This document shows, in pieces, positions 38,736 through 49,483 of a stretch of DNA of 64,000 bases (positions are counted from its first letter, which is position 1; each line of letters opens with the position of its first letter). This DNA is from Caldisericia bacterium (GTDB lineage Bacteria; Caldisericota; Caldisericia; UBA6126), in contig JAXGOZ010000010.1 in the NCBI GenBank assembly GCA_040767255.1, forward strand, positions 155-64,154, in the 5' to 3' direction. The position numbers were made by a program, and so were the translations under genes. Below the pieces are notes generated by a model. The model worked only from the letters and a program-made list of their open reading frames with translations, was not told the origin of the DNA and searched no databases.

Positions 38736-39530
38736 ATGATTGGTGTATTTGACTCAGGTGTAGGTGGACTCATTATCTACCAAAGAATTAAAGAGATGCT
38801 GCCACATGTAACGTTTCAGTATTTTTCAGATCATCTTCATTTTCCTTATGGCGGGAGGACTGATCAGGAAGTAATACGGTATTCTATGGAAATCTCTTCT
38901 TTTTTAGTGCAGCAAGGATGTAACATGATTGTCGTTGCTTGTAATACTGCTACAGTCACTGCAATACAACGCTTGCGAGAAGTGTTTTCTATTCCTTTTG
39001 TGGGTATTGTACCTGCTGTGAAACCTGCATCGTCTCATTCAACGAACAAAAAAATCGCTGTACTGGTTACTCCTTTATCTGCCAAAAGTAAACAATATGA
39101 GATACTGCTGGATGAATGGAAACATGGAAATAGGATGGAAACATTTGAAATGCCAAATCTTGCAAGTATCGTTGAATACAATCAGCTCCACCAAAAATCA
39201 ACACAACAGTACCTACATTCTTTTTTTCAAAACTTACAAAAGGAGTCTTATTCCATTGTAGTATTGGGATGTACGCACTTTTTATATCTTAAAGCTTTTT
39301 TAGAAGAACACTTCCCAAATGTGTTTGAGATTTTAGATCCTATTGAAGGTGTTGCCAAACAAGCACGGAGGGTTTATCTTTCAATTCAGCCTGAACAGGA
39401 GAAGCTTCCCGCTGCTCAAGATGTATACTACACAAGTGATGAGCCTTCCATTCTGATGCATTATTTAATGAACCATCTACACTTCTCTACCCCTTATACT
39501 CAGGTTATTTCTTTTGAAAAGTCATCGTAG
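38736..39530 (+). CDS. murI: glutamate racemase
   Basis: IGVFDSGVGGL, VVACNTAT and LGCTHF catalytic-Cys motifs. Confidence 0.9.
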   Translation: MIGVFDSGVGGLIIYQRIKEMLPHVTFQYFSDHLHFPYGGRTDQEVIRYSMEISSFLVQQGCNMIVVACNTATVTAIQRLREVFSIPFVGIVPAVKPASSHSTNKKIAVLVTPLSAKSKQYEILLDEWKHGNRMETFEMPNLASIVEYNQLHQKSTQQYLHSFFQNLQKESYSIVVLGCTHFLYLKAFLEEHFPNVFEILDPIEGVAKQARRVYLSIQPEQEKLPAAQDVYYTSDEPSILMHYLMNHLHFSTPYTQVISFEKSS

Positions 39531-41844
39531 CTTCGCTCTTTGGAAACGCATTCACGTTGCACTGGGGAAAGAAGTTGAGCTAGGATACTCAAATCATTCC
39601 ATAAAGAACGGTTTTACTGCCTATCTACGAAAAGCTTCTTCTGAAGATTGGTTTATTCAGGAGTATCCAGACTCTTTACGGGAAAAGTTCAATCATGCCA
39701 CCATGAACTATGAAAAGCATCCATGTGAAGGTGCTTTTCAGGCCTTGTTATCCACCATTGGCGAGTTACAGGATTATTGGGATCATCAAATACCAACTGC
39801 TGTGATGCAAGATATACTACTGAAGCCATTGCAATACTGTAAAGGTTTTGGACCGAAAAGGGCACAATTGCTTTCTCGTTTGGATATACAGAAAATTGTG
39901 GATTTCTTGTATGCTTTTCCAAAATCCTGGATTGATCGAAGAAAAACAAACACAATACTGGAAGCATATTCAATGCAGGGCGAAACTGTTCAGATTCAAG
40001 CCAAAATAGCACAAGTAAGTGAACAAAAAAGAGGTGGTTACCTGATTACTAGTTTAGTAGCAAAAGATCATACGGGCTATCTTATCGCTTCTTTTGTCAA
40101 CCAGAAGTATGTAAAAAAATTGCTTCAAGAGCACCTGAATGGCCCAGTATTTCTGTCTGGGAAAATACAATATCAGTATGGAAAGCTTCAAATGAGCAAT
40201 CCTTTGTTTGAAATCCCCAAAGATCCTAAGCACCCCACATCATTTCAAGAGATTCAACCTGTATACAAGCTGACTGATGGATTGTCCCAAAATGTTTATC
40301 GGCAATTGATTCGACAAACTCTTTTAGAGCACATTGTGCATATACCAGAGTTTTTTCCCTCTTCTGTGCGTATTCAAGAAAATATTATGCATCGAGGAGA
40401 AGCGCTTAGTCACATGCATTTTCCCTTGTCTTTCCAAGTTACAGAAGAAGCTAGAAAACGACTTGTATTGGATGAGTTTGTATTTAATCAATACACGGCA
40501 TTGCAATACAAAATGCTGCACAGAACAAAAGAAGGAATTCAGCTTCATATTTCAGAAGAAATGATTCTTGATTACCAATCTCTTCTACCGTTTGAACTTA
40601 CTTCTGATCAGAAAAAAGCGATACGAGAGTTTTGTCAGGATTTACAATCAGGGTATCCCATGAATCGACTATTGCACGGTGATGTCGGGTCAGGGAAAAC
40701 AATTGTAGCAGGGGCATTGATGTATTTTACTATGAAGAATCAATACCAGGCAATATTTATGGCACCCACCGAAATTCTTGCTAAACAGGTGTTTCGCGTA
40801 TTTACTTCTCTGTTCTCAACAGACCAAAGCATGAAGGGAGTTCTTCTACTTGGAGAACTTACAAAAAAAGAAAAAGAAAAAGCAGAGTGCGCCTTGCAGT
40901 CTGGAGAAGCTACTTTTGCTGTAGGAACTCATGCTTTCATTGAAGATAAAATCCTTTTTCATCAACCAGCAACTTTCATTGTAGACGAGCAGCATAGATT
41001 TGGTGTTGAACAAAGGAAAAAACTGTTTGTAAAAGCTACGCAACCTCATGTTTTGGTGATGAGTGCCACACCGATTCCTAGAACAATGGCTTTAACACAA
41101 TTTGGAGATTTGGATGTATCTGTGATTCAAGAATTACCACAAGGACAAAAAAGCATTGAAACGCGAATCATTTCACCATCTCAAAGGGATTCTATGAATC
41201 AGATTCTGTGGTCTGTATTGGACAAAGACGAAAAAATATATGTTGTATGTCCTCTTATTGAAGAATCAGAATCCCTAAATGTAGCGAACTCTGTTCAGAA
41301 AACAGAAGAAATCAAAGCCAGATTCCCCTCAATAGATGTATATCTGTTGCATGGCAAAATGAAAACAGATGAAAAGAATACTGTGATGGAGGAGTTCCGG
41401 AAAGCATCTAAAGCTATTCTTGTCTCTACAACTGTTATTGAAGTTGGTGTAGATGTTGCTGAAGCTACTGCAATGGTGATTGAAAATGCTGAACGCTTTG
41501 GTTTGGCTCAATTGCATCAACTTCGCGGTCGAGTCGGGAGAAAATCACAGAAATCGTATTGTTTTTTAGTTACGGATGCTATCTCTTCTTCTCGATTACA
41601 AATTCTGGAACAATCCAACAACGGTTTTGTCATTGCTGAGAAAGACCTAGCACTAAGAGGTCCAGGAGAGCTTTTTGGCAAACTACAAAGCGGGCATATC
41701 TTTTCCCAATTGGTTCGGTTGGAAGAGGATTATCCATTGCTGGAAAAAGCAAAAATGATCGCTACCCGATTTTTACAGAATCCTTCCTCTGCCAGAGAAT
41801 TGGAAAAAGCGATCGAGTTTCGAAATCGAAAGATGGTATTGTAG
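39514..41844 (+). CDS. recG: ATP-dependent DNA helicase RecG
   Basis: Wedge/OB N-terminal region, Walker A GDVGSGKT, DEQHRFG, SATPIPRT, QLHQLRGRVGR. The exact start is uncertain (TTG at 39514). Confidence 0.9.
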   Translation: MKSHRSFALWKRIHVALGKEVELGYSNHSIKNGFTAYLRKASSEDWFIQEYPDSLREKFNHATMNYEKHPCEGAFQALLSTIGELQDYWDHQIPTAVMQDILLKPLQYCKGFGPKRAQLLSRLDIQKIVDFLYAFPKSWIDRRKTNTILEAYSMQGETVQIQAKIAQVSEQKRGGYLITSLVAKDHTGYLIASFVNQKYVKKLLQEHLNGPVFLSGKIQYQYGKLQMSNPLFEIPKDPKHPTSFQEIQPVYKLTDGLSQNVYRQLIRQTLLEHIVHIPEFFPSSVRIQENIMHRGEALSHMHFPLSFQVTEEARKRLVLDEFVFNQYTALQYKMLHRTKEGIQLHISEEMILDYQSLLPFELTSDQKKAIREFCQDLQSGYPMNRLLHGDVGSGKTIVAGALMYFTMKNQYQAIFMAPTEILAKQVFRVFTSLFSTDQSMKGVLLLGELTKKEKEKAECALQSGEATFAVGTHAFIEDKILFHQPATFIVDEQHRFGVEQRKKLFVKATQPHVLVMSATPIPRTMALTQFGDLDVSVIQELPQGQKSIETRIISPSQRDSMNQILWSVLDKDEKIYVVCPLIEESESLNVANSVQKTEEIKARFPSIDVYLLHGKMKTDEKNTVMEEFRKASKAILVSTTVIEVGVDVAEATAMVIENAERFGLAQLHQLRGRVGRKSQKSYCFLVTDAISSSRLQILEQSNNGFVIAEKDLALRGPGELFGKLQSGHIFSQLVRLEEDYPLLEKAKMIATRFLQNPSSARELEKAIEFRNRKMVL

Positions 41845-42396
41845 CTATTTGCGAAGTATGACCGTTTTTGTTTCGGGAATCCATTCTACCTCAAATTTTA
41901 AGTGAGAAGCAACAAACTTTAATGGGATAAATGAATACTCTTGATGGATGATAGGAGGGGTGGATAGGGCATAGGAAACACCGTTAACATAGGCAGTGGG
42001 ACTATTGATTTGTAGCTGGATTTCTCCGTCTCTTTGCAATACAGAAATCTCTTTTGTATTCGGATACCACTCTACTTTGGCTCCCAAAACATCAGAAATG
42101 AATTTTAATGGGATCATAGTAATTTCCGTATCTGATATAAATGCTGGAGGTGTGTCAAGAGCAGTTTTTTCCCCATTTAAAAATACATAAGAAGAGTGAA
42201 TAGGAATTTCTAGAACAGTTGTGTATAGTTTCTCAGGCGGATTGTCTTGCGATGTATCTGTAGGAATATTCTCTTCAATCAAAGGTTTTTTGGAAAAGCG
42301 GGATTGAATATCTTGTAAAAAACTTGAAGGCGAACAGCTAACAAGGAAAAAGATCCCAACCAAAATTACAGCAAAAATAGCATACATTCTTTTCAT
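41845..42396 (-). CDS. lipoprotein with two copper-amine-oxidase-N-like (stalk) repeats
   Basis: Lipobox FLVSC. IPLKFISDVLGAKVEWYPNTKEISVL and IPLKFVASHLKFEVEWIPETKTVIL repeats. Its stop abuts the recG stop with no spacer. Confidence 0.7.
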   Translation of the reverse strand: MKRMYAIFAVILVGIFFLVSCSPSSFLQDIQSRFSKKPLIEENIPTDTSQDNPPEKLYTTVLEIPIHSSYVFLNGEKTALDTPPAFISDTEITMIPLKFISDVLGAKVEWYPNTKEISVLQRDGEIQLQINSPTAYVNGVSYALSTPPIIHQEYSFIPLKFVASHLKFEVEWIPETKTVILRK

Positions 42397-42476
42397 ATTA
42401 CCCTCACGAAGAAGTTTTTATTTATTGTAATCCCTTTTTGTGACTTTTCAAATGGGCTTTACTTGACAGTTGTTTG

Positions 42477-42485
42477 TGGTACAAT
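42477..42485 (+). promoter_or_regulatory. extended -10 element TGGTACAAT upstream of rpsA
   Basis: TGnTAnAAT form. The nearby TTGACA (42463-42468) is only 11 nt upstream, so it is not a canonical -35. Confidence 0.35.
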
Positions 42486-42520
42486 AAACACTGGAATTTT
42501 GTTGTTTATGAGGTGTTATA

Positions 42521-43750
42521 ATGATTTCAGATGATTTAAAAAATGTTGATCAAGATGAACAAAGAGATCTTGATGAGTTTGAGAATGCTATTCTTTCCAA
42601 TACAGATCGATTGGTTCAAAGCTACAAACGAGGCGATATTGTTGACGTCCGAATCGTAAAAGTTGACAAAGATTGTCTCCTTGTGGATATTGGAAGAAAA
42701 AGCGAAGTGTTTGTGCCTATTGAAGAAATTGTCCATGATCCTAATCTGGACCTTGGTGCACAATTTAAAGTAGATGATTTGATCCCGGTGAAGGTAGTAC
42801 GCGATGAATACTCCAAAGGCGGAATCTTCTTGTCTAACAAAAAAGCACTCTACCAACTGAATATTGACAATATTGAGCAAGCTTACAAAGATAAGCAAAA
42901 AGTTAAAGCTATCGTTCATGAAAAAGTAAAGGGTGGTTTGATTGTTGATATTGATGGTGTACAAGCATTTCTTCCAGGGTCACTTGTTTCTGTAAAACGT
43001 CAAAACGATCTCTCTAAATATATTGGTCAAACCCTTGATGTTCAAGTGATTGAATTCGAAAAAGATCGAAGAAAAGTTGTGGTTTCCCACAAGATAATTG
43101 AACAAGAGCATAACAAGATATCCAGAAATGAATTTGTGGGTGGTCTTGAAGTGAACACTATACTCGATGGCGTTGTGTCCAATATCGTCGATTATGGAGT
43201 TTTTGTTGACATTGGTTTCAATGTGGAAGGTCTTGTACATATATCTGAACTAGCGTGGGGTGCAACGAAAAAACCCTCTGACGTTGTAAAGAAAAATGAG
43301 AAGATTAAAGTTCGAGTGATAGGGATTTCTGATGATCGAAACAGAATATCCTTGAGTCTAAAACGAACTCTACCAGATCCATGGGAAATCAAAGGTAGCA
43401 ATTATCATTTGGGTCAAGTTGTCGAAGGTAAGGTTGTCAAAGACCTGAATTTCGGGGCTTTAATTGAAATTGAAGAAGGCATTAATTCATTTATGCATAT
43501 TTCCCAAATGAGCCATCGCAGAATTAATACAATCGGAGAAATGTTTCAGCTTGGAGATACGGTTCGCGGAGAAATTGTTGAACTGGATATTTCTCAGAAA
43601 AGAATGAAAATTAGCCGCAAGAATATCATTCCACCAGAAGATGAGATTACTCCTGAAGATGAAAATTCCCAAGATCAAATGGAGTCACAAACAAAATCTG
43701 ATGATTTAAGCAGCTATGTGGATGTATTTGTACCAAAAGGCTCGAATTAA
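42521..43750 (+). CDS. rpsA: 30S ribosomal protein S1 (four S1 domains)
   Basis: Repeated S1 OB-fold modules (G.IV.V.I..V....L.VDIG, GVV..I..YGVFVDIG, G.VVEGKV). Confidence 0.9.
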   Translation: MISDDLKNVDQDEQRDLDEFENAILSNTDRLVQSYKRGDIVDVRIVKVDKDCLLVDIGRKSEVFVPIEEIVHDPNLDLGAQFKVDDLIPVKVVRDEYSKGGIFLSNKKALYQLNIDNIEQAYKDKQKVKAIVHEKVKGGLIVDIDGVQAFLPGSLVSVKRQNDLSKYIGQTLDVQVIEFEKDRRKVVVSHKIIEQEHNKISRNEFVGGLEVNTILDGVVSNIVDYGVFVDIGFNVEGLVHISELAWGATKKPSDVVKKNEKIKVRVIGISDDRNRISLSLKRTLPDPWEIKGSNYHLGQVVEGKVVKDLNFGALIEIEEGINSFMHISQMSHRRINTIGEMFQLGDTVRGEIVELDISQKRMKISRKNIIPPEDEITPEDENSQDQMESQTKSDDLSSYVDVFVPKGSN

Positions 43751-43768
43751 CAATCATATGATACAATC

Positions 43769-43802
43769 AAAAGGGAGTCCCGCGGGACTCCCTTTTCTTT
43801 TT
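43769..43802 (+). terminator. rho-independent terminator after rpsA
   Basis: GGGAGTCC-CGCG-GGACTCCC hairpin, then TTTTCTTTTT. Confidence 0.8.
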
Positions 43803-43828
43803 CACAGCACACAGGAAAGAGAGCTTTT

Positions 43829-46097
43829 ATGTCAAAAAAAGTTAAAACCACTCTAAAAGAATCTTTGAACCCCCAACAGTTGGACGCTGTAACCACAGTA
43901 CAGGGGCCGATTGCTGTTTTTGCGGGAGCTGGTTCTGGAAAGACGCGCGTTATCACATATCGGATTGTGAACCTTCTTGATGAAGGTGTACCAATCACAA
44001 ATATTCTTGCCGTAACTTTCACCAATAAAGCTGCCAACGAAATGAAGCAGCGTATACAAAACGTTTTAAAAATAGATCATAAGAAGCTTTGGATTGGAAC
44101 ATTCCACTCTATCTGCTTACGTATTTTACGACAATCTGGAAAAGCCATATCCTTACGCCCTGATTTCACTGTTTTTGATGAAGAAGATTCATTATCTCTT
44201 ATCAAGGATTGCATGAAAGAGAGCAATATTGATATTAAGCGAGTGAACCCTCGCACAGTATCCAAAACGATCTCTGATTCAAAAGTAGCCCTAGTGAGTT
44301 CAGAAGACTATCCCAATGTTGCTGGGACAGGATACTTTGTTGATATCGTATCGAGCGTCTATACTCTGTATGAAAAAAGACTGCGAGAAAATAATGCTTT
44401 GGATTTTGATGATCTCATTTACAAGACTGTAGTATTGTTCCAGAAAGATCCCTCTGTATTAGATCAATACCAAGAGATATTCAAACATATCCTTGTCGAT
44501 GAGTATCAAGATGTAAATGCTGTTCAATATGAATTGTTACGACTACTAGCCAGTAAATATCGGAATATTTTTGTCGTAGGCGATGATGATCAATCCATCT
44601 ATGCTTTTCGAGGAGCGATCCAACCTATATGTTGCGTTTTTGACAAGAATACCCGGATGCTAAGATTATCAAGCTAGAGGAGAACTATCGTTGCTCTCAG
44701 ATGATTTTAAACGCTGCTCATTGTGTTGTGCAAAACAATGTAGAAACGGAAGAAAAAAACTATGGACGAACAATGATAAAGGAACTCCCGTTAAACTGGT
44801 TGTTTGCTCAAACGAAAAAGATGAAGCACAAAAAATTGTCCAGTTGATTCAAGAACGCGAAAAAACGCAAAATAGAAAATATGATGAATTTGTCGTTCTA
44901 TATCGTATCAATGCTGCAAGTAGAAATTTCGAAGAAGCTTTGATGGCTGAGAATATACCCTATCAGTTAGTTGGAGGGTATCGTTTTTACCAGCGAAAAG
45001 AAGTGAAAGATCTTATTGCTTATTTGAGAATCATTAACAATCCCGATGACCGTGTGAGTATTAATCGAGTCATAAATTATCCAAAACGAAACATTGGTGC
45101 TGTTTTTATTCGCAAAATCGAAAAAGTAGCCCATGAAGAGCAGTGCTCCTTTTATCAAGCCTGCCATGTCTTACTCAAAAAGAAAGAGGCTGTTGCTCGC
45201 GGCCGAAAAGGTTTGCAAGAATTTATCGATGTCATTGAAGCGGGAATGGAATTGATCGAAAAAGGAACGCTTCTCGACGTAGCAAAGCTTGTGTACGAAA
45301 AAACTAACATCCCGCAGATGATTGAAATGGAATATCCCGAAGACATTGCACGAGATAAAGTTGAGAATTTACGCGAGCTATTGACCGCAATACAGAATTT
45401 TGAAAAACAATACGATGGCTCAGAACCCCTCCTTCAGGCTTTTTTAGCACAAGTATCACTATTTACAGATCTGGACCATATGGACAAAGAAAAAGCAAAG
45501 GTTACCCTTATGACTATCCATTCTGTCAAAGGACTGGAGTATCCAATTGTGTTTATGGCAGGCATGGAAGAAGGACTGTTTCCTCATTACCTTTCCAATT
45601 GTAAACAAAATGCTTTAGAAGAGGAAAGAAGACTGTGTTACGTGGGTTTTACCCGTGCTCAGGCTGAACTCTACCTTTCCTATGCCATGAACCGAGAGTT
45701 GTATGGAAAAACAACAAAAACTTCTCCTTCTCGCTTTTTAGAAGAAATATCTGAAGATTTAATTGAGCGTTTAAAGATTTCTACTTCCGACAATGGAGAA
45801 GCAGGACTGAAAAGAAGAGTATCTTCTGTTAATCGAAGTAAAAAAGATTACAACAAAGGACTCCCCGTTTCCCTGGACGATTTAACTGCTGGCAAGATAG
45901 TTTGTCATAAAGTATGGGGGCACGGTATTGTCTTGAGCTTAAACGAGATTGATAATGAGCATATTATTCACATTGATTTTGATACTGTTGGCGAAAGAAT
46001 GCTGAATTTTAAATATGCTCCCCTGCGGATGGTTGAAGAGGTAGAATCTGTAACCGCTTCTTCCTCCAAACCAAAAAAGAAAACTGCTAGATTATAA
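43829..46097 (+). pseudogene. pcrA: UvrD/PcrA-type ATP-dependent DNA helicase, frame breaks confined to ~44615-44765
   Basis: GAGSGKT, VDEYQD and VVGDDDQSIYAFRGA in ORF 43829..44677. DPTYMLRF-stop-QEYPDAKIIKLEENYRCSQMILNAAH is readable only in a third frame. LWTNNDKG... to the end is in ORF 44691..46097. Confidence 0.85.
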
Positions 46098-46126
46098 CAA
46101 AAGTTTTCACAAACAATAAAAAAAAG

Positions 46127-46155
46127 CCGGTAGACATTTCTACCGGCTTTTTTTG
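46127..46155. terminator. bidirectional rho-independent terminator between pcrA and secF
   Basis: GCCGGTAGA-CATT-TCTACCGGC hairpin flanked by an A-run and a T-run. Confidence 0.8.
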
Positions 46156-46175
46156 TTACCCTTGAAAGGTTTGTC

Positions 46176-47264
46176 CTATCGTCTGCGTTTACTCTTATTT
46201 TTTGGTTTTGAAGTTTTTTTCTTATCAGTGGATTCAGAGGAATCCTTTTGGTCTATTTGTGCCATCGTTTTAGTGGAAGCTTTTGAGCCATTTTTCCTAG
46301 TTTTTACAAGATCATAAGAGTCAGATTTAAGAGCATCCAAATAAATTGGACGTAATTCTTTGTCATCGTCATCTTTTTGCCATCCGACAAGAATAGGAAC
46401 GACGATGTATAAAGAGGAGAATGTTCCAGCAAGCAATCCTACCAGCAGGATGGTTGAAAAGTCTCGAAGTGCACTTCCCATAAACACTGCTAGTACGATA
46501 ACACCGATCAAGGTGGTTACGGATGTATTGAAAGAACGAATCCAAGTGGTGGTAACAGACATGTTAGCAATTTCAGCAAATGTCATTCTATCTCGGTAAT
46601 ATTTTAAATTTTCTCGGACTCGGTCCAAAATGACAATACTGTCTTGTAACGAGTATGCCGTGATCGATAAAAGAGCTGCTATGGATGCTGTGTTAAACTG
46701 AATCCAGAGAAGTGACATTACGCCTAAGGTGATTCCAATATCGTGAGCAAGGGCAATAATAGCGGCAACGCCATCTTTAAAGCGGAATCGAATGGCAACA
46801 TATAGGAGAATAAACAGGAGTGCTAAGCCCAGGGTAAGAAAGGCATTTCTACGTAATTCACTACCAATGGTGGGTCCAATGAAGTCAATTTGCTTTGTAT
46901 CATCATTGACTTGCCCGATACTTTCTTCTAGGGATTGGTAAATTGCATCCCGTTCTTCGTTTGTGATAACCTTCATACGAATCATGAAATGCTGGGGGTT
47001 CAGCTTATCCTGCTGAATAATCGCTCTTTCTTGATTGTGTGTTGCCATAACATCGCGAATCATTTTTACGGTGGGAGGTTCTTCTGTAATGAAGTCAATG
47101 TTCATGACAACTCCACCAGTAAAATCTACTCCTAAATTAAAAGGAGAACCGTTGGTGCTGTATCGAATTCCCATGATGACGACGCTGACAATGAAAATAA
47201 TAAGTGCACTGTAAAGAGCAGGTTTTCTTTTTCCGATGATGTTCCATTGTTTAATTGAGACCAT
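46176..47264 (-). CDS. secF: protein translocase subunit SecF (with Lys/Arg-rich C-terminal tail)
   Basis: GVDFTGG, six-TM SecD/F core, GAAAGGAGG RBS. Confidence 0.9.
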   Translation of the reverse strand: MVSIKQWNIIGKRKPALYSALIIFIVSVVIMGIRYSTNGSPFNLGVDFTGGVVMNIDFITEEPPTVKMIRDVMATHNQERAIIQQDKLNPQHFMIRMKVITNEERDAIYQSLEESIGQVNDDTKQIDFIGPTIGSELRRNAFLTLGLALLFILLYVAIRFRFKDGVAAIIALAHDIGITLGVMSLLWIQFNTASIAALLSITAYSLQDSIVILDRVRENLKYYRDRMTFAEIANMSVTTTWIRSFNTSVTTLIGVIVLAVFMGSALRDFSTILLVGLLAGTFSSLYIVVPILVGWQKDDDDKELRPIYLDALKSDSYDLVKTRKNGSKASTKTMAQIDQKDSSESTDKKKTSKPKNKSKRRR

Positions 47265-47279
47265 GACTTCTCCTCCTTT

Positions 47280-48713
47280 CTATATTTCTTTCTCTGGGGA
47301 TTGTAATCCAAAGAGTTTTCCATTAATTTTCGGATTGTAAACGGCAATTAGGCTTAAAATGAATTGAGTAAAGAAATAAGAGGTGATCAATGCGGCTATA
47401 ATACCAGCTACCAAAGTAATGGCGAAACCTCGAATTTGGGTAGTACCAAAAGAATACAAGATGATCATGGCAATGAGCATGGAGAAGTTGGAGTCAAAAA
47501 TAGCCGTCCATCCATGTGCATAGCCAGCACCAATTGCAGAAAGGAATGTTCTGCCCTTTGCGTATTCTTCTTTGATACGCTCAAAAACAATAACGTTGGA
47601 GTCTACAGCCATACCAACTGACAAGACCATAGCACCAATTGCAGGGAGAGAAAGAGTAGCTTTGATCCCAAATAAGAAACCAAGATAGATGATGGTGTAC
47701 ATGAGCAGAGCTAGTGCACCGATACCACCTAAAAGCTTGTACATTAAAAGCAAGAAAAGAATGATTCCAAGAATGGCAATAATAGCACCGATCTCAGAGC
47801 TTTTAATTGTGTCTTGTCCCAGAGATGGGCCCACAACTCGTTCTTCTAAGAAAGTCATTTTTACAGGAAGAGCACCGCCCTGCAAGAGAACTGCTACTTC
47901 CTGAGCTTCTTGAATGCTTTCTTCTGTTTTTTCACCAAACGTAATAACAGCATCCCCTGTTGTGATTTCTTCATTTACCTTGGGAGCTATCAAGAGGGAA
48001 TCATCCAAATAGATTGAAATCGTTTTCTCAACATTTTCACGGGTTGCTTTGGCAAACAATTCTTTACCAACCTCGTCCCATTCTAGTTGTACTATGGGCA
48101 CTCGTGGTCCCATTTGATCCATTTGCTGATAAGCAAATGTAGCTTTTTTCAAGTTTTTACCAGTGACGAGAATATTCTCGTTTTCATCTTTGAATGTCAA
48201 AACAGCGACGCGGCCAATAATATCTTTGGCTTGTTCAATGTCAGAATATCCTGGTATATCTACTACAATACGGTCTTTTCCTTGTATAGAAACGGTTGCT
48301 TCCGATACCCCTAAGAAATTAATACGGTTTTCAATTACCTTTTTTGCTTGTTTTAATTCTTCGGCTGTAATAGCATTTAAAGCATCTTCTGATTGAAGGT
48401 CGTCATTGGTTACGACAAGCTTTTCTGCTTGCGTTGTTTCTTCAGTAACTTCGGTTGTGTCCTCAGATACTGGTTCGGTGGTTTCTGCAGAAGCATCTTC
48501 TGTAACTTCTTCTGAACCAGTTTCAACCAATTCTTCAGATGGTGCTTCATCTACACCTTTAATTGGGTGGGCTTCCATTACAAGGTGGACACCACCTCGC
48601 AAATCAAGTCCAAATTTAATCAAATTTTCTGAATAGTGATAGCCAATACTCCATATTGAGAGTCCAATCACAAGTATAATTACTATGAGTTGTCCCCATC
48701 TAATTCTCTTCAT
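47280..48713 (-). CDS. secD: protein translocase subunit SecD
   Basis: GLDLRGG, large periplasmic domain, C-terminal six-TM core. The ATG at 48713 (MKRIRWGQ) has the better RBS. The ORF-track start is 48740. Confidence 0.9.
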   Translation of the reverse strand: MKRIRWGQLIVIILVIGLSIWSIGYHYSENLIKFGLDLRGGVHLVMEAHPIKGVDEAPSEELVETGSEEVTEDASAETTEPVSEDTTEVTEETTQAEKLVVTNDDLQSEDALNAITAEELKQAKKVIENRINFLGVSEATVSIQGKDRIVVDIPGYSDIEQAKDIIGRVAVLTFKDENENILVTGKNLKKATFAYQQMDQMGPRVPIVQLEWDEVGKELFAKATRENVEKTISIYLDDSLLIAPKVNEEITTGDAVITFGEKTEESIQEAQEVAVLLQGGALPVKMTFLEERVVGPSLGQDTIKSSEIGAIIAILGIILFLLLMYKLLGGIGALALLMYTIIYLGFLFGIKATLSLPAIGAMVLSVGMAVDSNVIVFERIKEEYAKGRTFLSAIGAGYAHGWTAIFDSNFSMLIAMIILYSFGTTQIRGFAITLVAGIIAALITSYFFTQFILSLIAVYNPKINGKLFGLQSPEKEI

Positions 48714-48819
48714 AGGATCACCCTTTCTCGTGAGATTCAAACAAATAACTATTATATTTTATTACAGCAAATCGTCAATAAGTCGAAATTATGTGGTATA
48801 ATACTAAATTGGTGCCTCC

Positions 48820-49476
48820 ATGATAGAAGAAACACTTGAACAGTACCTACAAAAGCATGATTGGGATTTATATGAGGAAAAAAAACAAAAATTTGTACAA
48901 TTTCTTCGTTTAGTCCAAAAAGTGAATCCTCTTATCAATCTTGTATCCAAAGATACAGATGAAGAATTGGTGTATCGACATCTTCAAGACTGCCTTCAGA
49001 TTTTGCATTTTCAAATTTCATTGTTATCTCATCAACAATGGATTGATATTGGCTCCGGGGGAGGTTTTCCAGGAATCATTGCAGCCATTCTTTTCCCTTC
49101 CAATCCATTTTTTTTGGTGGAGTCCATTCGGAAAAAAGCAAGTTTTCTAATGTGGGCATCTATTGAAATCAAATTACCCAATGTTCAAGTATTACACCAA
49201 CGAGCTGAAAATGTAGTACATCTGCCCAATATTGTACATTCATGTTTCATTTTTTCTGCCTGAGGTGTTGGTACAATATCCTACTTGTATCCGTATTTCC
49301 AATCATCTTTGAATCAGCATGGAAAAAATCGATTCTTTGAAGAATCCTGAAGAGATTTCTTCATTCCTATTGTAGCACCTTCATGGGAGATTGAAAAACA
49401 CATTCAATATCCTTGTGATCGACACCGAAAAACATGTTGTCATGCCGCAAAGGAAACTAAATCAATTCCGTGCTGA
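48820..49476 (+). pseudogene. rsmG: 16S rRNA (guanine527-N7)-methyltransferase, in-frame TGA plus 3' frame breaks
   Basis: DIGSGGGFPGI SAM motif. TGA at 49261-49263 falls where the family has a conserved Arg (FIFSA-stop-GVGTISYL). The remaining C-terminus is split between frames. Confidence 0.75.
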
Positions 49477-49483
49477 AGAGGGA

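Noticed and set aside
41842-41847. Zero-spacer convergent junction of recG and the stalk lipoprotein gene as a regulatory oddity.
   Set aside because: It is consistent with the generally extreme gene packing of this genome, and there is no additional structure to interpret.
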